Assembly: GCA_944390895.1 (NCBI GenBank)
Contig: CALXRQ010000003.1
Span: 5,550 to 69,549 of the forward strand
Length of the DNA stretch: 64,000 bases
Source of the DNA: an uncultured Alphaproteobacteria bacterium
GTDB taxonomy: Bacteria > Pseudomonadota > Alphaproteobacteria > RF32 > CAG-239
Reading direction: 5' to 3'
The translations under genes were made by a program, and so were the position numbers. This document shows, piece by piece, positions 38,706 through 47,789 of this stretch (position 1 is its first letter; every line of letters begins with the position of its first letter). Under the pieces are notes generated by a model. The model was not told where the DNA came from and did not search any database. It was given only the letters and a program-made list of their open reading frames with translations.

Positions 38706-39743
38706 CTATACCGTTCGGTATATAAAGTCAACAAAAATTTTTTTATGCTTGGCAATTCCCCGTTTATCGCGGGGGATTGCCGGCTTTGAGATTATTTTAA
38801 CATATTGGTGTTTTGCGGTTTTGAACAGATTGCCGGTAAGCTTTCTTATTTCGGCAATATTGCCCGGTTCTCTGATGCTGTTAAAAAAAAGCGCGGTTGA
38901 CGTTGCGGTGGAAATTCCCGGCGCAATCAGAGCGGAGATTGTCGCTTGCGGAGCCTTTTCCAAACGCCGTGTCAGTTTGGGGAAAGTGTTGCGCTCATAA
39001 CCGAACATCGGCATGTGTCTGCTGTAAAGGCTTTCGCCGAATATAAGCAGGATATTGTCGCTGTCGGAAGCTTGCGGCACCAAGGAATAGGGGGGATAGG
39101 AAATTTCGGAGGCCTCATTGTTTTTCCAGAGATACTGGAAGAAAAAATAAGAAAAGGTGTTGATGTTGTTTTTCAGGGACGGGCGGGTCGGACCGGGTTG
39201 AAAATACCAAATTCCCTTAGTTTCGCTCCAGGCACGGTAGGGTTTGTGCGCCATCAGGTACAGCACTGCCAAAAACATCCAGCGGATTTTTACCGATTCC
39301 CTGCTGCCGATATAAAAGATGAAGGCAGCCGTTCCGTAAAACAAAATAATCAGCGGCATGACAAACCAGGTTTGCCGCAGATAGGCAGCGTCAAAAACGT
39401 CGCGCTTTTCTTTGACGATGTTGATGATGTCGCCGGCCGTAATCGGGTGCCCGAAAAACGCCATAAAATTAAGCTGAATTATCTGCATCAGAACCACAAG
39501 GGCGATAACAAAATACACGAACCTGTTCTGGCAGAAAGACAGAAGAAGCATAAAGCCGAAAACATATAAGGTGAACAGCGGTTCGGAAATAACGTGCGTG
39601 CCGGCCGCATAGTTCATCACCAGATCCGGTGCGATTGCGGCTGTGGTGGCAATAAAAGCAAACAAAAGATTCTTGGCCGGACGCCCTTTTTCGGGCGCAA
39701 ACCAAAAACGAAGTTTTTCTCTAAAGTGGGACATAGATTTCAA
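38706..39743 (-). CDS. Phosphoethanolamine-transferase (EptA/sulfatase)-like membrane protein, apparently C-terminally truncated
   Basis: Multi-TM N-terminal domain, then the start of a sulfatase-type domain (NILLIFGESLYSRHMPMFGYERNTFP...APGISTATSTALFFNS). It ends after about 120 aa of that domain. Typical family members are about 200 aa longer. Confidence 0.5.
   Translation of the reverse strand: MKSMSHFREKLRFWFAPEKGRPAKNLLFAFIATTAAIAPDLVMNYAAGTHVISEPLFTLYVFGFMLLLSFCQNRFVYFVIALVVLMQIIQLNFMAFFGHPITAGDIINIVKEKRDVFDAAYLRQTWFVMPLIILFYGTAAFIFYIGSRESVKIRWMFLAVLYLMAHKPYRAWSETKGIWYFQPGPTRPSLKNNINTFSYFFFQYLWKNNEASEISYPPYSLVPQASDSDNILLIFGESLYSRHMPMFGYERNTFPKLTRRLEKAPQATISALIAPGISTATSTALFFNSIREPGNIAEIRKLTGNLFKTAKHQYVKIISKPAIPRDKRGIAKHKKIFVDFIYRTV
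38716..38731. promoter_or_regulatory. TetR-type operator palindrome TATACCG-TT-CGGTATA (copy 2, tetR promoter)
   Basis: Exact repeat of the 38086-38101 site in the same ctataccgttcggtata context. Confidence 0.5.
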
Positions 39744-39772
39744 TTCTCCAGTTTTTTATGTGTAAACAACAA

Positions 39773-39797
39773 AAAAACCGCCTGAAAAGGCGGTCGG
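39773..39797 (-). terminator. Rho-independent terminator on - strand, about 290 nt downstream of the MATE gene
   Basis: - strand reads CCGCCttttcaGGCGGttttttt. Confidence 0.5.
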
Positions 39798-40084
39798 AGA
39801 GTTGACAAATCATATAAGACAAAATGATCGTTTTGGTCTTTAAAGCCGGGGCTTCTGAACATACACCAAAACCTCCCCGGCCATATTTCTATGTCACGGG
39901 GATATTTTGCCAGAATATGCAATGCATAGCTGACTGACGACGCAATATCATGCACCGTATTGTATAAGAGCTTGTCAAGGCTCCGAACCATCTCTGGTTC
40001 TGGCTGCGGTTCGCCGCAACCAGCTAAACTTTAAAAGAAGTGAGAATATTAATCAAGAAAATAATGTGTCCGGTGTTTTTTTTA

Positions 40085-41425
40085 TCAGGACAGCGAGGTT
40101 TGCGCCGGGGAACCGCACCAGTGTCTTTTGCGGAGATAATAATAGGTAAAGATCGTCAGCAGAATGTTGTAAGAATGTTCGCAGGTCCAGCAGAGCGCAA
40201 TGTCCGCCCGCAGATAGATAACCACATACCACACGTTGATGACATAAGCGGCCAGAGCCAGAAGTTCCATAACCATGGCTTCTTTGGTGCGGCCGGTTCC
40301 GGAAACGACGCCCAGCAGAATAAAGCCCGGCACCAGCGTAAAATAAGTTGTCAGCGATACGAAATAAGCCGGGACGGCGGCGTCAATCAAAATCTGATTA
40401 TTGGTATATATCCGCATAATCGCAATCGGAAAAAATGCCATCAGCAGTTCCATGGCGGTGCCGATGGCATAGCCCAGCACGATAATCCGGCGCGCGGTCG
40501 CTTTTATCTCTTTGTTTTTTTCCATGCCGATGAGGTTGCTGGTAACGGCGTTGGCCGAACCGTATAAGGCGCCCACCACCATGAAGGGCAGGGAGGAAAT
40601 GCTGCGCAAAACGTTGCTGATGGCCAGTTCTCTCTCTCCGAGATGTTCGACCGCCAACATAAACATCAGCCAGGTTCCGAGAGACACGACGCTTTGCAGC
40701 ATGGTCCATACCGAAATGTTTAAGATCTTCTGCAGCAGAGAAGTATTCCACAGCTCCGGCAGATTAAACCCGTATTTTTTCCAGTCGGTTTTATAAAAGG
40801 TATAAACGATAAAAAATAGCGCCGAAACCGCCTCCGAAATAACCGAAGCAACGGCGGCGCCGCGGATTCCCATGGCCGGAAAACCGAGTTTCCCGAAAAT
40901 AAGGATATAGTCGAGACCGACGTTGACAAACAGCATTAAAAGCGCATTGAGCGTAAGGATTTTAGTATTGGTAATGCCGATGTAAAAGGCCCGGAACATC
41001 ACAATGACAAAAGCAAAAAAGAAGCCGAAGATGCGCGGTTGCAGATAATCAAGCGCGGCTTGACAGACTGCCGGAGAGGAGATGATTGCGCTCAAAACGG
41101 CCGGAGAAAAGCGGAACATTAAAGCCGCGATAACTATGGTTGTCAGCAGCAGGAAGGCGATTCCCTGATAAACAATCGGACCGATCCGCTGATAATTTTG
41201 TTCGCCGTTGCGCCGTGCGATAATAATCTGCGCACCGACGGAAAAACCTTGTCCGAGCATAAAAATCATAATGTAAAACACGCCGGCGATGGCCGAGGCG
41301 CCGAGCTCGATTTCGCCCACGCGGCCGAGGAAAGCGGTGTCGGTCAGGCCGATGAGCTGCTGAATGAGCAACCCGGCCAAAATCGGGTATGAGATAAGCC
41401 AGATGTGTCGGTAACTGTATGTCAT
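40085..41425 (-). CDS. MATE family efflux transporter
   Basis: 12-TM profile. N-terminus MTYSYRHIWLISYPILAGLLIQQLIGLTDTAFLGRVG is typical of NorM/DinF. Start at the internal Met (41425). Confidence 0.8.
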   Translation of the reverse strand: MTYSYRHIWLISYPILAGLLIQQLIGLTDTAFLGRVGEIELGASAIAGVFYIMIFMLGQGFSVGAQIIIARRNGEQNYQRIGPIVYQGIAFLLLTTIVIAALMFRFSPAVLSAIISSPAVCQAALDYLQPRIFGFFFAFVIVMFRAFYIGITNTKILTLNALLMLFVNVGLDYILIFGKLGFPAMGIRGAAVASVISEAVSALFFIVYTFYKTDWKKYGFNLPELWNTSLLQKILNISVWTMLQSVVSLGTWLMFMLAVEHLGERELAISNVLRSISSLPFMVVGALYGSANAVTSNLIGMEKNKEIKATARRIIVLGYAIGTAMELLMAFFPIAIMRIYTNNQILIDAAVPAYFVSLTTYFTLVPGFILLGVVSGTGRTKEAMVMELLALAAYVINVWYVVIYLRADIALCWTCEHSYNILLTIFTYYYLRKRHWCGSPAQTSLS

Positions 41426-41586
41426 CAGAATTGCCGTGTTTGTGTTGTTGCTTTGTATATAGTTTTGATTTGCCGCAAATCTACCACCGGGCCGGACAAA
41501 AGTCAAATCGGGGATGATAAAGAACTTGATTATTGTTTTGATGCGTCTATACTCTCCTTGTCCTTTCTGTTTTCTTACGGTGTAAA

Positions 41587-42912
41587 ATGTTTTTCAAATC
41601 AAAGTCATCTCAGGCTTTAACCAACTATGCCATCGACTTGTACGAGGCCGGACAGTATAAAAAGGCCAAAAAAATCTGCCGGAAACTGGTCAATGCCGAT
41701 TCCGCGAACTATACGGCTTACATCAATCTCGGAAACATATATTTTATCGAAAAAAATTACACCGCCGCCATTGAGGCATATTTAAAAGCGGATTCGCTGA
41801 AAAAGGATTATTATCCGGCCAAAATAAATCTGGCCAATTCTTATCTGGAAGCCGGAGATTTTGCGGCGGCCGTCCGCTATGCCGAAGATGTTCTGCGTTT
41901 GGATTCCGACTGTGCGCTGGCGCACAACATATTGGGTAGCGCTTATCTGGAACAAGACCGGATTCCCCAGGCGCTTTCCCACCTTTTACAGGCAGAAAAA
42001 CTGGATTCCAAAGATCCGTGGATTCATAATTATTTAAGTCAGGCCTATCAAAAAAACAACGAAATTTCAAAGGCTTTAAGCCAGGGGTGGAAAGCGGTGC
42101 TTCTGAGCGGCGGCGAGGAGGCGCACCATATTAACTTCGGCTATCTGCTCTATGAGGCGGCTATGGATAATGAAAACGGAGAAGCGCGGAAGTATGCCTC
42201 TTTATGGCTTGAAAAATTCCCGTTTGACAAGATAGCGCAGCACATGGGAAATGCCATTAAAAATGCCGCCGGCGTGACCAAGGCCAACGATGAATATCTG
42301 CAAAATATTTTCGATGTTTTTGCCGAAAATTTTGAAGAGGTTCTGGCTGGTCTGGAATATAAAACGCCGGAACATATCGGCGGATTCTTAAACGATTTAT
42401 ACGGCGAAAAACACAAACATCGTTTGCGGATTCTCGATGCCGGCTGCGGTACCGGATTATGTGGAAAATACCTGAAAAAATATGCCGGATTCTTTTCTTT
42501 GCACGGGGTGGACTTATCGGCCGGAATGCTTGAGCAGGCCAAAGCCAAAAAGCTTTATAACAAGCTGTTTCACGAAGAACTCAACGCCTTTTTGTCCGCG
42601 CATAAAAACGATTATGATTTGATTGTCTCGGCCGATGTCTTCACTTATTTCGGCGCGTTGGATTCCCTGTTTGAAAATCTGGCTTCCGCTTTGAAAAAAT
42701 CCGGCCGCGTTATCTTCAGCGTTACCGAAAACAAGTATAACGAACAGAACTATTTTTTGCATATTTCGGGACGCTTCGTCCATAGTTTCGACTATGTAAA
42801 AAGCGTCTTGGAAAACAGTGGATTCCGACTTGAAAAAGCGGAAAAGTCAATGCTTCGGAAAGAGGGTGACGACGAAGTCTGGGGCTATGTCGTTTCCGCC
42901 CGCAGGCAATAA
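41587..42912 (+). CDS. TPR-repeat protein fused to a class I SAM-dependent methyltransferase domain
   Basis: N-terminal TPRs. Motif I ILDAGCGTGLCG. 441 aa. Confidence 0.65.
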   Translation: MFFKSKSSQALTNYAIDLYEAGQYKKAKKICRKLVNADSANYTAYINLGNIYFIEKNYTAAIEAYLKADSLKKDYYPAKINLANSYLEAGDFAAAVRYAEDVLRLDSDCALAHNILGSAYLEQDRIPQALSHLLQAEKLDSKDPWIHNYLSQAYQKNNEISKALSQGWKAVLLSGGEEAHHINFGYLLYEAAMDNENGEARKYASLWLEKFPFDKIAQHMGNAIKNAAGVTKANDEYLQNIFDVFAENFEEVLAGLEYKTPEHIGGFLNDLYGEKHKHRLRILDAGCGTGLCGKYLKKYAGFFSLHGVDLSAGMLEQAKAKKLYNKLFHEELNAFLSAHKNDYDLIVSADVFTYFGALDSLFENLASALKKSGRVIFSVTENKYNEQNYFLHISGRFVHSFDYVKSVLENSGFRLEKAEKSMLRKEGDDEVWGYVVSARRQ

Positions 42913-42915
42913 AAA

Positions 42916-42944
42916 AACCCTTGCGGATAACAAGGGTTTTTTCA
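42916..42944. terminator. Bidirectional terminator
   Basis: aaaaaaaCCCTTGcggataaCAAGGGttttttc. Confidence 0.6.
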
Positions 42945-42961
42945 CAAAAATCTATCAAAAC

Positions 42962-43210
42962 TTATTTAGATTTTTTAGAGCTCGAACTAGACTTGCAGGC
43001 AGCAGATTTAGTAGAGGTGCTGGATTTGCAAGAAGTTGTTTTCTTGGTAGAAGAGCAAGATTTTTTGCTGTTGGAACAATTGGAAAGCTGTTCAACGGCC
43101 ATAGACCAGAAGTATTCGTCCTGACCCATCGGGCAGCCGGCATTTTGCCAGTTGTAATAAGCAGCTTCTTTAATCGCATTTTCGTTGTATTTAACCATAA
43201 TAAACTCCAA
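42962..43210 (-). CDS. DUF2934-like small protein with Cys/Ser/Lys/Thr-rich low-complexity tail
   Basis: N-terminus IKEAAYYNWQNAGCPMGQDEYFWSMAVEQL resembles the DUF2934 consensus (rAYflWe.rG.p.G.dl.dWl.Ae..l). Tail SKKSCSSTKKTTSCKSSTSTKSAACKSSSSSKKSK. Confidence 0.5.
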   Translation of the reverse strand: MEFIMVKYNENAIKEAAYYNWQNAGCPMGQDEYFWSMAVEQLSNCSNSKKSCSSTKKTTSCKSSTSTKSAACKSSSSSKKSK

Positions 43211-43472
43211 TAAAAAATTTTATAAACAATGTTTACATACATCATTTAATATACAATCAAAATTTTATACGTCAATAGCTAATGGATTGAAAATATGATG
43301 TTTGTAAAATTATATTTATACATCGTCTAATTTGCTTGCATTTAATGTGATTAGATTTTATAGATTATCAGATGAATAACCGTGGAGTGTCGCTGAAAAA
43401 TAATCTGAAAAAGACGGGTTGTTTTCGGGAAGAAACTTCTTAAATCTTGGGTCAAAAAACAGGAGTATATTT

Positions 43473-45671
43473 ATGGAAAATTTATTGTCTAAAGAAGAGA
43501 TGGAAGCCGTTATAAACGGAGATCACGGCAACCCGTTTGCCGTATTGGGGATTCATAAGGATAAGGGGTCAAAATCTGTTTTTATCAGGACCTATCATCC
43601 CAACACCCGTTCTGTTGAACTTTTAGACGAGCAGGGAAACTCGATGGGTTTCTTCACCAAAATTGATGAACGCGGTTTTTATCAGATTAATCTCGGCCCG
43701 CGGGACAATTTCAATTACAAACTGAAAATCGAAAACGATTTAGGCGGCGTTTTTACCATTCATGACCCATACAGATTCCCTTCCATTTTAGGGGACATTG
43801 ACATCTATCTTTTGGCCGAAGGCAACCATCTGGATATGTATAAAAAGCTGGGTGCGCACGTCAATACTGTTGACGGTGTCAAAGGCGTCAGTTTTGCCGT
43901 CTGGGCGCCGAACGCCAAACGCGTCAGCGTGGTCGGCAATTTTAACAACTGGGACGGCCGCGTCCATGTTATGCGCAAGCATATCAGTTGCGGCGTATGG
44001 GACATTTTCATTCCCGAACTGACCGAAGGAGAAGTCTACAAATATGAAATCAAAACTCAGGAAGACTACATCCTGCTGAAATCGGACCCGGTTGCCTTTT
44101 ATTCGGAAAAACGCCCCAACACCGCCTCCATCGTCTATGACATCAATCACTATGACTGGAAAGACCAGAACTGGATGGGATACCGTGCCGAATACAACAG
44201 TTTTGACAAGCCGATGTCCATTTATGAAGTGCATTTGGGCTCTTGGCGCCGCAAGGGCGAAAACGGCTGCGAATATCTTACCTATCGCGAGATGGCCGAA
44301 TATCTGGTGCCCTATGTTGTCAATATGGGCTTTACGCATGTTGAGTTTCTGCCGTTGACCGAACACCCGCTTGACGCTTCCTGGGGCTATCAGGTAACCG
44401 GTATGTTTGCGCCGACCTCCCGTTTCGGCAATCCTGACGATTTCCGTTATATGATTGACACTTTTCACCAGGCCGGCATCGGTGTGATTATGGACTGGGT
44501 TCCTGCGCACTTTCCGAAAGACGGCCACGGACTGGTCGAGTTTGACGGCACGCATTTATATGAGCACGCCGATCCCCGCAAAGGCGAACATACCGACTGG
44601 GGTACCAAAATTTATAACTACGGCCGCACCGAGGTCTGCAATTTCCTTTGTGCAAGCGCCATTTATTGGCTCAAGGAATTTCACATCGACGGCCTGCGCG
44701 TTGACGCCGTTGCCTCAATGCTGTATCTGGACTATTCGCGCAAAAACGGCGAATGGATTCCCAATATCTACGGCGGCAATGAAAATCTGGAAGCCATCGC
44801 TTTCCTGCGCAAGATGAACGAGCTGGCTTACGGTCAGGTCAGCGGCGCCGTCACCGTGGCCGAAGAGTCGACGGCCTGGCCGATGGTTTCGCGTCCGACT
44901 TCAATGGGCGGATTGGGTTTCGGCTACAAATGGAATATGGGCTGGATGAACGATACGCTGAAATACATCAGCCATGATCCGGTTCACCGCAAATATCATC
45001 ACGGTATGCTGACCTTCGGTCTGCTCTATGCGTTCAACGAAAACTTTATTCTGCCGATTTCGCATGACGAAGTTGTTCACGGCAAAGGTTCCATGCTTTC
45101 AAAAATGCCGGGCGACGAGTGGCAGAAATTTGCCAACCTGAGGGCATACTACGGGTTTATGTATACCCACCCCGGCAAAAAGCTCCTGTTTATGGGCTGC
45201 GAGTTCGGTCAGGACTGGGAGTGGAACGCAGAGGAAAGCCTGCGCTGGCATCTGCTGCAATATCCGATGTATAAGGGTCTGCAAAACTGTGTCCGTGATC
45301 TGAACCTGATGTATAAGGGCAACGCGCCGCTTTATGAAGAGGATTTTGACTATCGCGGTTTTGAGTGGATAGAACACTCCAATGCCGACGACAGCGTCAT
45401 CTCCTATATGCGCAAAGGCCACAATCCGTCGGATTATCTGGTTGTTATTTCAAACTTTACCCCTGTGGTTCGCGAAGGTTTTCGCATTGGCGTTAACGAA
45501 CTTTGCAATTATCAAGAAATTTTTAACAGTGATGATGTAAACTACTGGGGAAGCGGCGTTAAGAACGAAGGGCTGATTGCGGCGGAAACGCAGGATTGGA
45601 ATTGCAAGCCGTATTCCATCCGGGTGACTCTCCCGCCGTTGGCGACCATCGTTTTAAAGCCGATGAGATAG
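43473..45671 (+). CDS. glgB: 1,4-alpha-glucan branching enzyme
   Basis: GH13 branching-enzyme architecture, including the CBM48 region and catalytic core (DWVPAHF, GLRVDAVASMLY, EESTAWP). Start at MENLLS (AGGAG SD). Confidence 0.9.
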   Translation: MENLLSKEEMEAVINGDHGNPFAVLGIHKDKGSKSVFIRTYHPNTRSVELLDEQGNSMGFFTKIDERGFYQINLGPRDNFNYKLKIENDLGGVFTIHDPYRFPSILGDIDIYLLAEGNHLDMYKKLGAHVNTVDGVKGVSFAVWAPNAKRVSVVGNFNNWDGRVHVMRKHISCGVWDIFIPELTEGEVYKYEIKTQEDYILLKSDPVAFYSEKRPNTASIVYDINHYDWKDQNWMGYRAEYNSFDKPMSIYEVHLGSWRRKGENGCEYLTYREMAEYLVPYVVNMGFTHVEFLPLTEHPLDASWGYQVTGMFAPTSRFGNPDDFRYMIDTFHQAGIGVIMDWVPAHFPKDGHGLVEFDGTHLYEHADPRKGEHTDWGTKIYNYGRTEVCNFLCASAIYWLKEFHIDGLRVDAVASMLYLDYSRKNGEWIPNIYGGNENLEAIAFLRKMNELAYGQVSGAVTVAEESTAWPMVSRPTSMGGLGFGYKWNMGWMNDTLKYISHDPVHRKYHHGMLTFGLLYAFNENFILPISHDEVVHGKGSMLSKMPGDEWQKFANLRAYYGFMYTHPGKKLLFMGCEFGQDWEWNAEESLRWHLLQYPMYKGLQNCVRDLNLMYKGNAPLYEEDFDYRGFEWIEHSNADDSVISYMRKGHNPSDYLVVISNFTPVVREGFRIGVNELCNYQEIFNSDDVNYWGSGVKNEGLIAAETQDWNCKPYSIRVTLPPLATIVLKPMR

Positions 45672-45697
45672 TTTTTTGATGAAAACGGGAGAAAAGT

Positions 45698-47776
45698 ATG
45701 GCAGAAATCAAGCCGCAGGACGGCTATCCTTATCCGCTGGGATCAACCTACGACGGCAAAGGTGTCAACTTTTCCCTGTTTTCGACGCACGCCGAAAAAG
45801 TAGAGCTATGCCTGTTTGATGAGTTTGGCGTCAACGAGGTGGCCCGCTATGCCATCACCGAAAGCGACAACAACATCTGGCATATCTATCTTCCCGGCAT
45901 CAAACCGGAGCAGATATACGGCTATCGTGTCTATGGCCCTTATAAACCCATGGAGGGGCATCGTTTTAATCCTAATAAGCTGCTGATTGATCCTTACGGT
46001 AAAAAGCTTGCCGGCAAACTGATCTGGCACAAGGCCATTTTCGGTTATGACATAGACAGTCCTGACAAGGATTTGTCTTTCAGCACGCTGGACAGCGCGC
46101 CTTATGTTCCCAAGTCTGTCGTCGTGGACGATAATTTTGACTGGGGAGACGACCGCCGTCCCGAGACCCGTTTTGAAGATACGATAGTTTATGAAACCCA
46201 TCTCCGCGGATATACCAAACTTCATCCGCTGGTCAGCGATGCCAAGCGCGGAACCTTTGCCGGTTTCACCCATCGTTCGGTCAGTAGCTATCTGAAATGG
46301 CTGGGCATTACGGCTGTTGAATTTCTGCCGGTTCACGCTTTCTTCGGCAACCGCCATAAGAAGGGGTTTGTCAAGGATAATTACTGGGGGTATGAGAGAG
46401 TCAGCTTTTTTGCGCCGGAGCAGTCATATCTGGCCGGAAACTCCCTTGACGAAATCAAGCAGATGGTCAAAACCCTGCATAAAAACCGTATCGAAGTTTT
46501 TCTGGATGTCGTCTATAACCATACCGGAGAAGGCAACCAGATGGGGCCGACTTTGTGCTATCGCGGCATAGACAATGCCAGTTACTATGTGCTCAATCCG
46601 GAAAATCGACGCTATTATTACGATTCCACCGGCTGCGGCTCTTCCTTCAATCTGCAAAACCACTATGTGCTGAATCTGGTGATGGATTCCCTGCGCTACT
46701 GGGTTGAAAAAATGCACATTGACGGTTTTCGTTTTGATCTGGCGACGACCCTGGCGCGCATGAATACCGAATATAAGCGCGAGAGTGGCTTTTTATATGC
46801 CGTCAATCAGGATCCGGTGCTGCGTAAAATCAAGCTCATCGCTGAACCTTGGGACGTCGGTTTCGGCGGTTATCAGGTCGGAGGTTTTCCGCCGCGCTGG
46901 GCCGAATGGAATGACAAGTTCCGCGACGTTGTCCGTCGTTTCTGGAAAGGAGACACCTATCAGGTTGCCGAACTGGCCAGCCGTATTGCCGGTTCCAGTG
47001 ACGTGTTCAACTATTATAACCGTGATATCTGGACCAGCGTCAATTTCATCACCGCGCATGACGGTTTTTGTTTGCGGGATCTGGTGAGCTACAACCAGAA
47101 ATACAACTATGCCAACGGCGAAAACAACCGCGACGGCACCGACAGCAACTGGAGCTGGAATTCCGGCGTTGAAGGAGAGACGGACAACCGCGTGGTGCGT
47201 GACAACCGCTTTAGCCGGGCCAAGGCCATGCTGGCAACGCTGATGCTTTCCTGGGGAACGCCGATGATGGTTGCCGGCGACGAGTTCTCTCATACCAATA
47301 TGGGCAACAATAATCCTTATTGTCAGGACAATGTTCTGACCTGGATTACTTGGGAAGGAATTACCGAAAGGGACAAAGGCTTGGCGCGTTTTGTGCGGCA
47401 GGTTATCCGTCTGCGCAAAAAACTGAAGATTTTTGACCGCCGCAAATTTTTTACCGGCCGGCCGATTGACAAAAGCGGCGTTAAAGACATTACCTGGTAT
47501 ACCGACAAGGGAACTGAGTTTGGCAACAACGACTGGCATGATGCCAACCGCCGTTCGCTGGCCTACAGCGTTTATACCGGAAGCCGTTATGTCTTTTGCA
47601 TTTTGAACGCTCATTTTAACGAGATATCCTGGCAGCTGCCGCCGATTGACAAAAACTGCGGCTGGAACTTGCTTTTAGACAGCAGCGACAAGTTCGGCAG
47701 CGACAACAAAGTTGCCGGCGGCGCCAAAATCAAGGTTCCGGCCTGGAGCGTCATATTATTCGAAATAAAAAAGTAA
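45698..47776 (+). CDS. glgX: Glycogen debranching enzyme (GH13_11)
   Basis: N-terminal E-set domain. VYNHTGEG, GFRFDLA, EPWD, ITAHDGF motifs. 692 aa. Confidence 0.85.
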   Translation: MAEIKPQDGYPYPLGSTYDGKGVNFSLFSTHAEKVELCLFDEFGVNEVARYAITESDNNIWHIYLPGIKPEQIYGYRVYGPYKPMEGHRFNPNKLLIDPYGKKLAGKLIWHKAIFGYDIDSPDKDLSFSTLDSAPYVPKSVVVDDNFDWGDDRRPETRFEDTIVYETHLRGYTKLHPLVSDAKRGTFAGFTHRSVSSYLKWLGITAVEFLPVHAFFGNRHKKGFVKDNYWGYERVSFFAPEQSYLAGNSLDEIKQMVKTLHKNRIEVFLDVVYNHTGEGNQMGPTLCYRGIDNASYYVLNPENRRYYYDSTGCGSSFNLQNHYVLNLVMDSLRYWVEKMHIDGFRFDLATTLARMNTEYKRESGFLYAVNQDPVLRKIKLIAEPWDVGFGGYQVGGFPPRWAEWNDKFRDVVRRFWKGDTYQVAELASRIAGSSDVFNYYNRDIWTSVNFITAHDGFCLRDLVSYNQKYNYANGENNRDGTDSNWSWNSGVEGETDNRVVRDNRFSRAKAMLATLMLSWGTPMMVAGDEFSHTNMGNNNPYCQDNVLTWITWEGITERDKGLARFVRQVIRLRKKLKIFDRRKFFTGRPIDKSGVKDITWYTDKGTEFGNNDWHDANRRSLAYSVYTGSRYVFCILNAHFNEISWQLPPIDKNCGWNLLLDSSDKFGSDNKVAGGAKIKVPAWSVILFEIKK

Positions 47777-47789
47777 GGAGTAAAACTTA

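Noticed and set aside
39740-39991. 83-aa - strand ORF in the MATE/eptA-like intergenic gap
   Set aside because: It runs through the rho-independent terminator hairpin (translated as RPPFQAVFLLF) and overlaps the eptA-like start. More likely non-coding.
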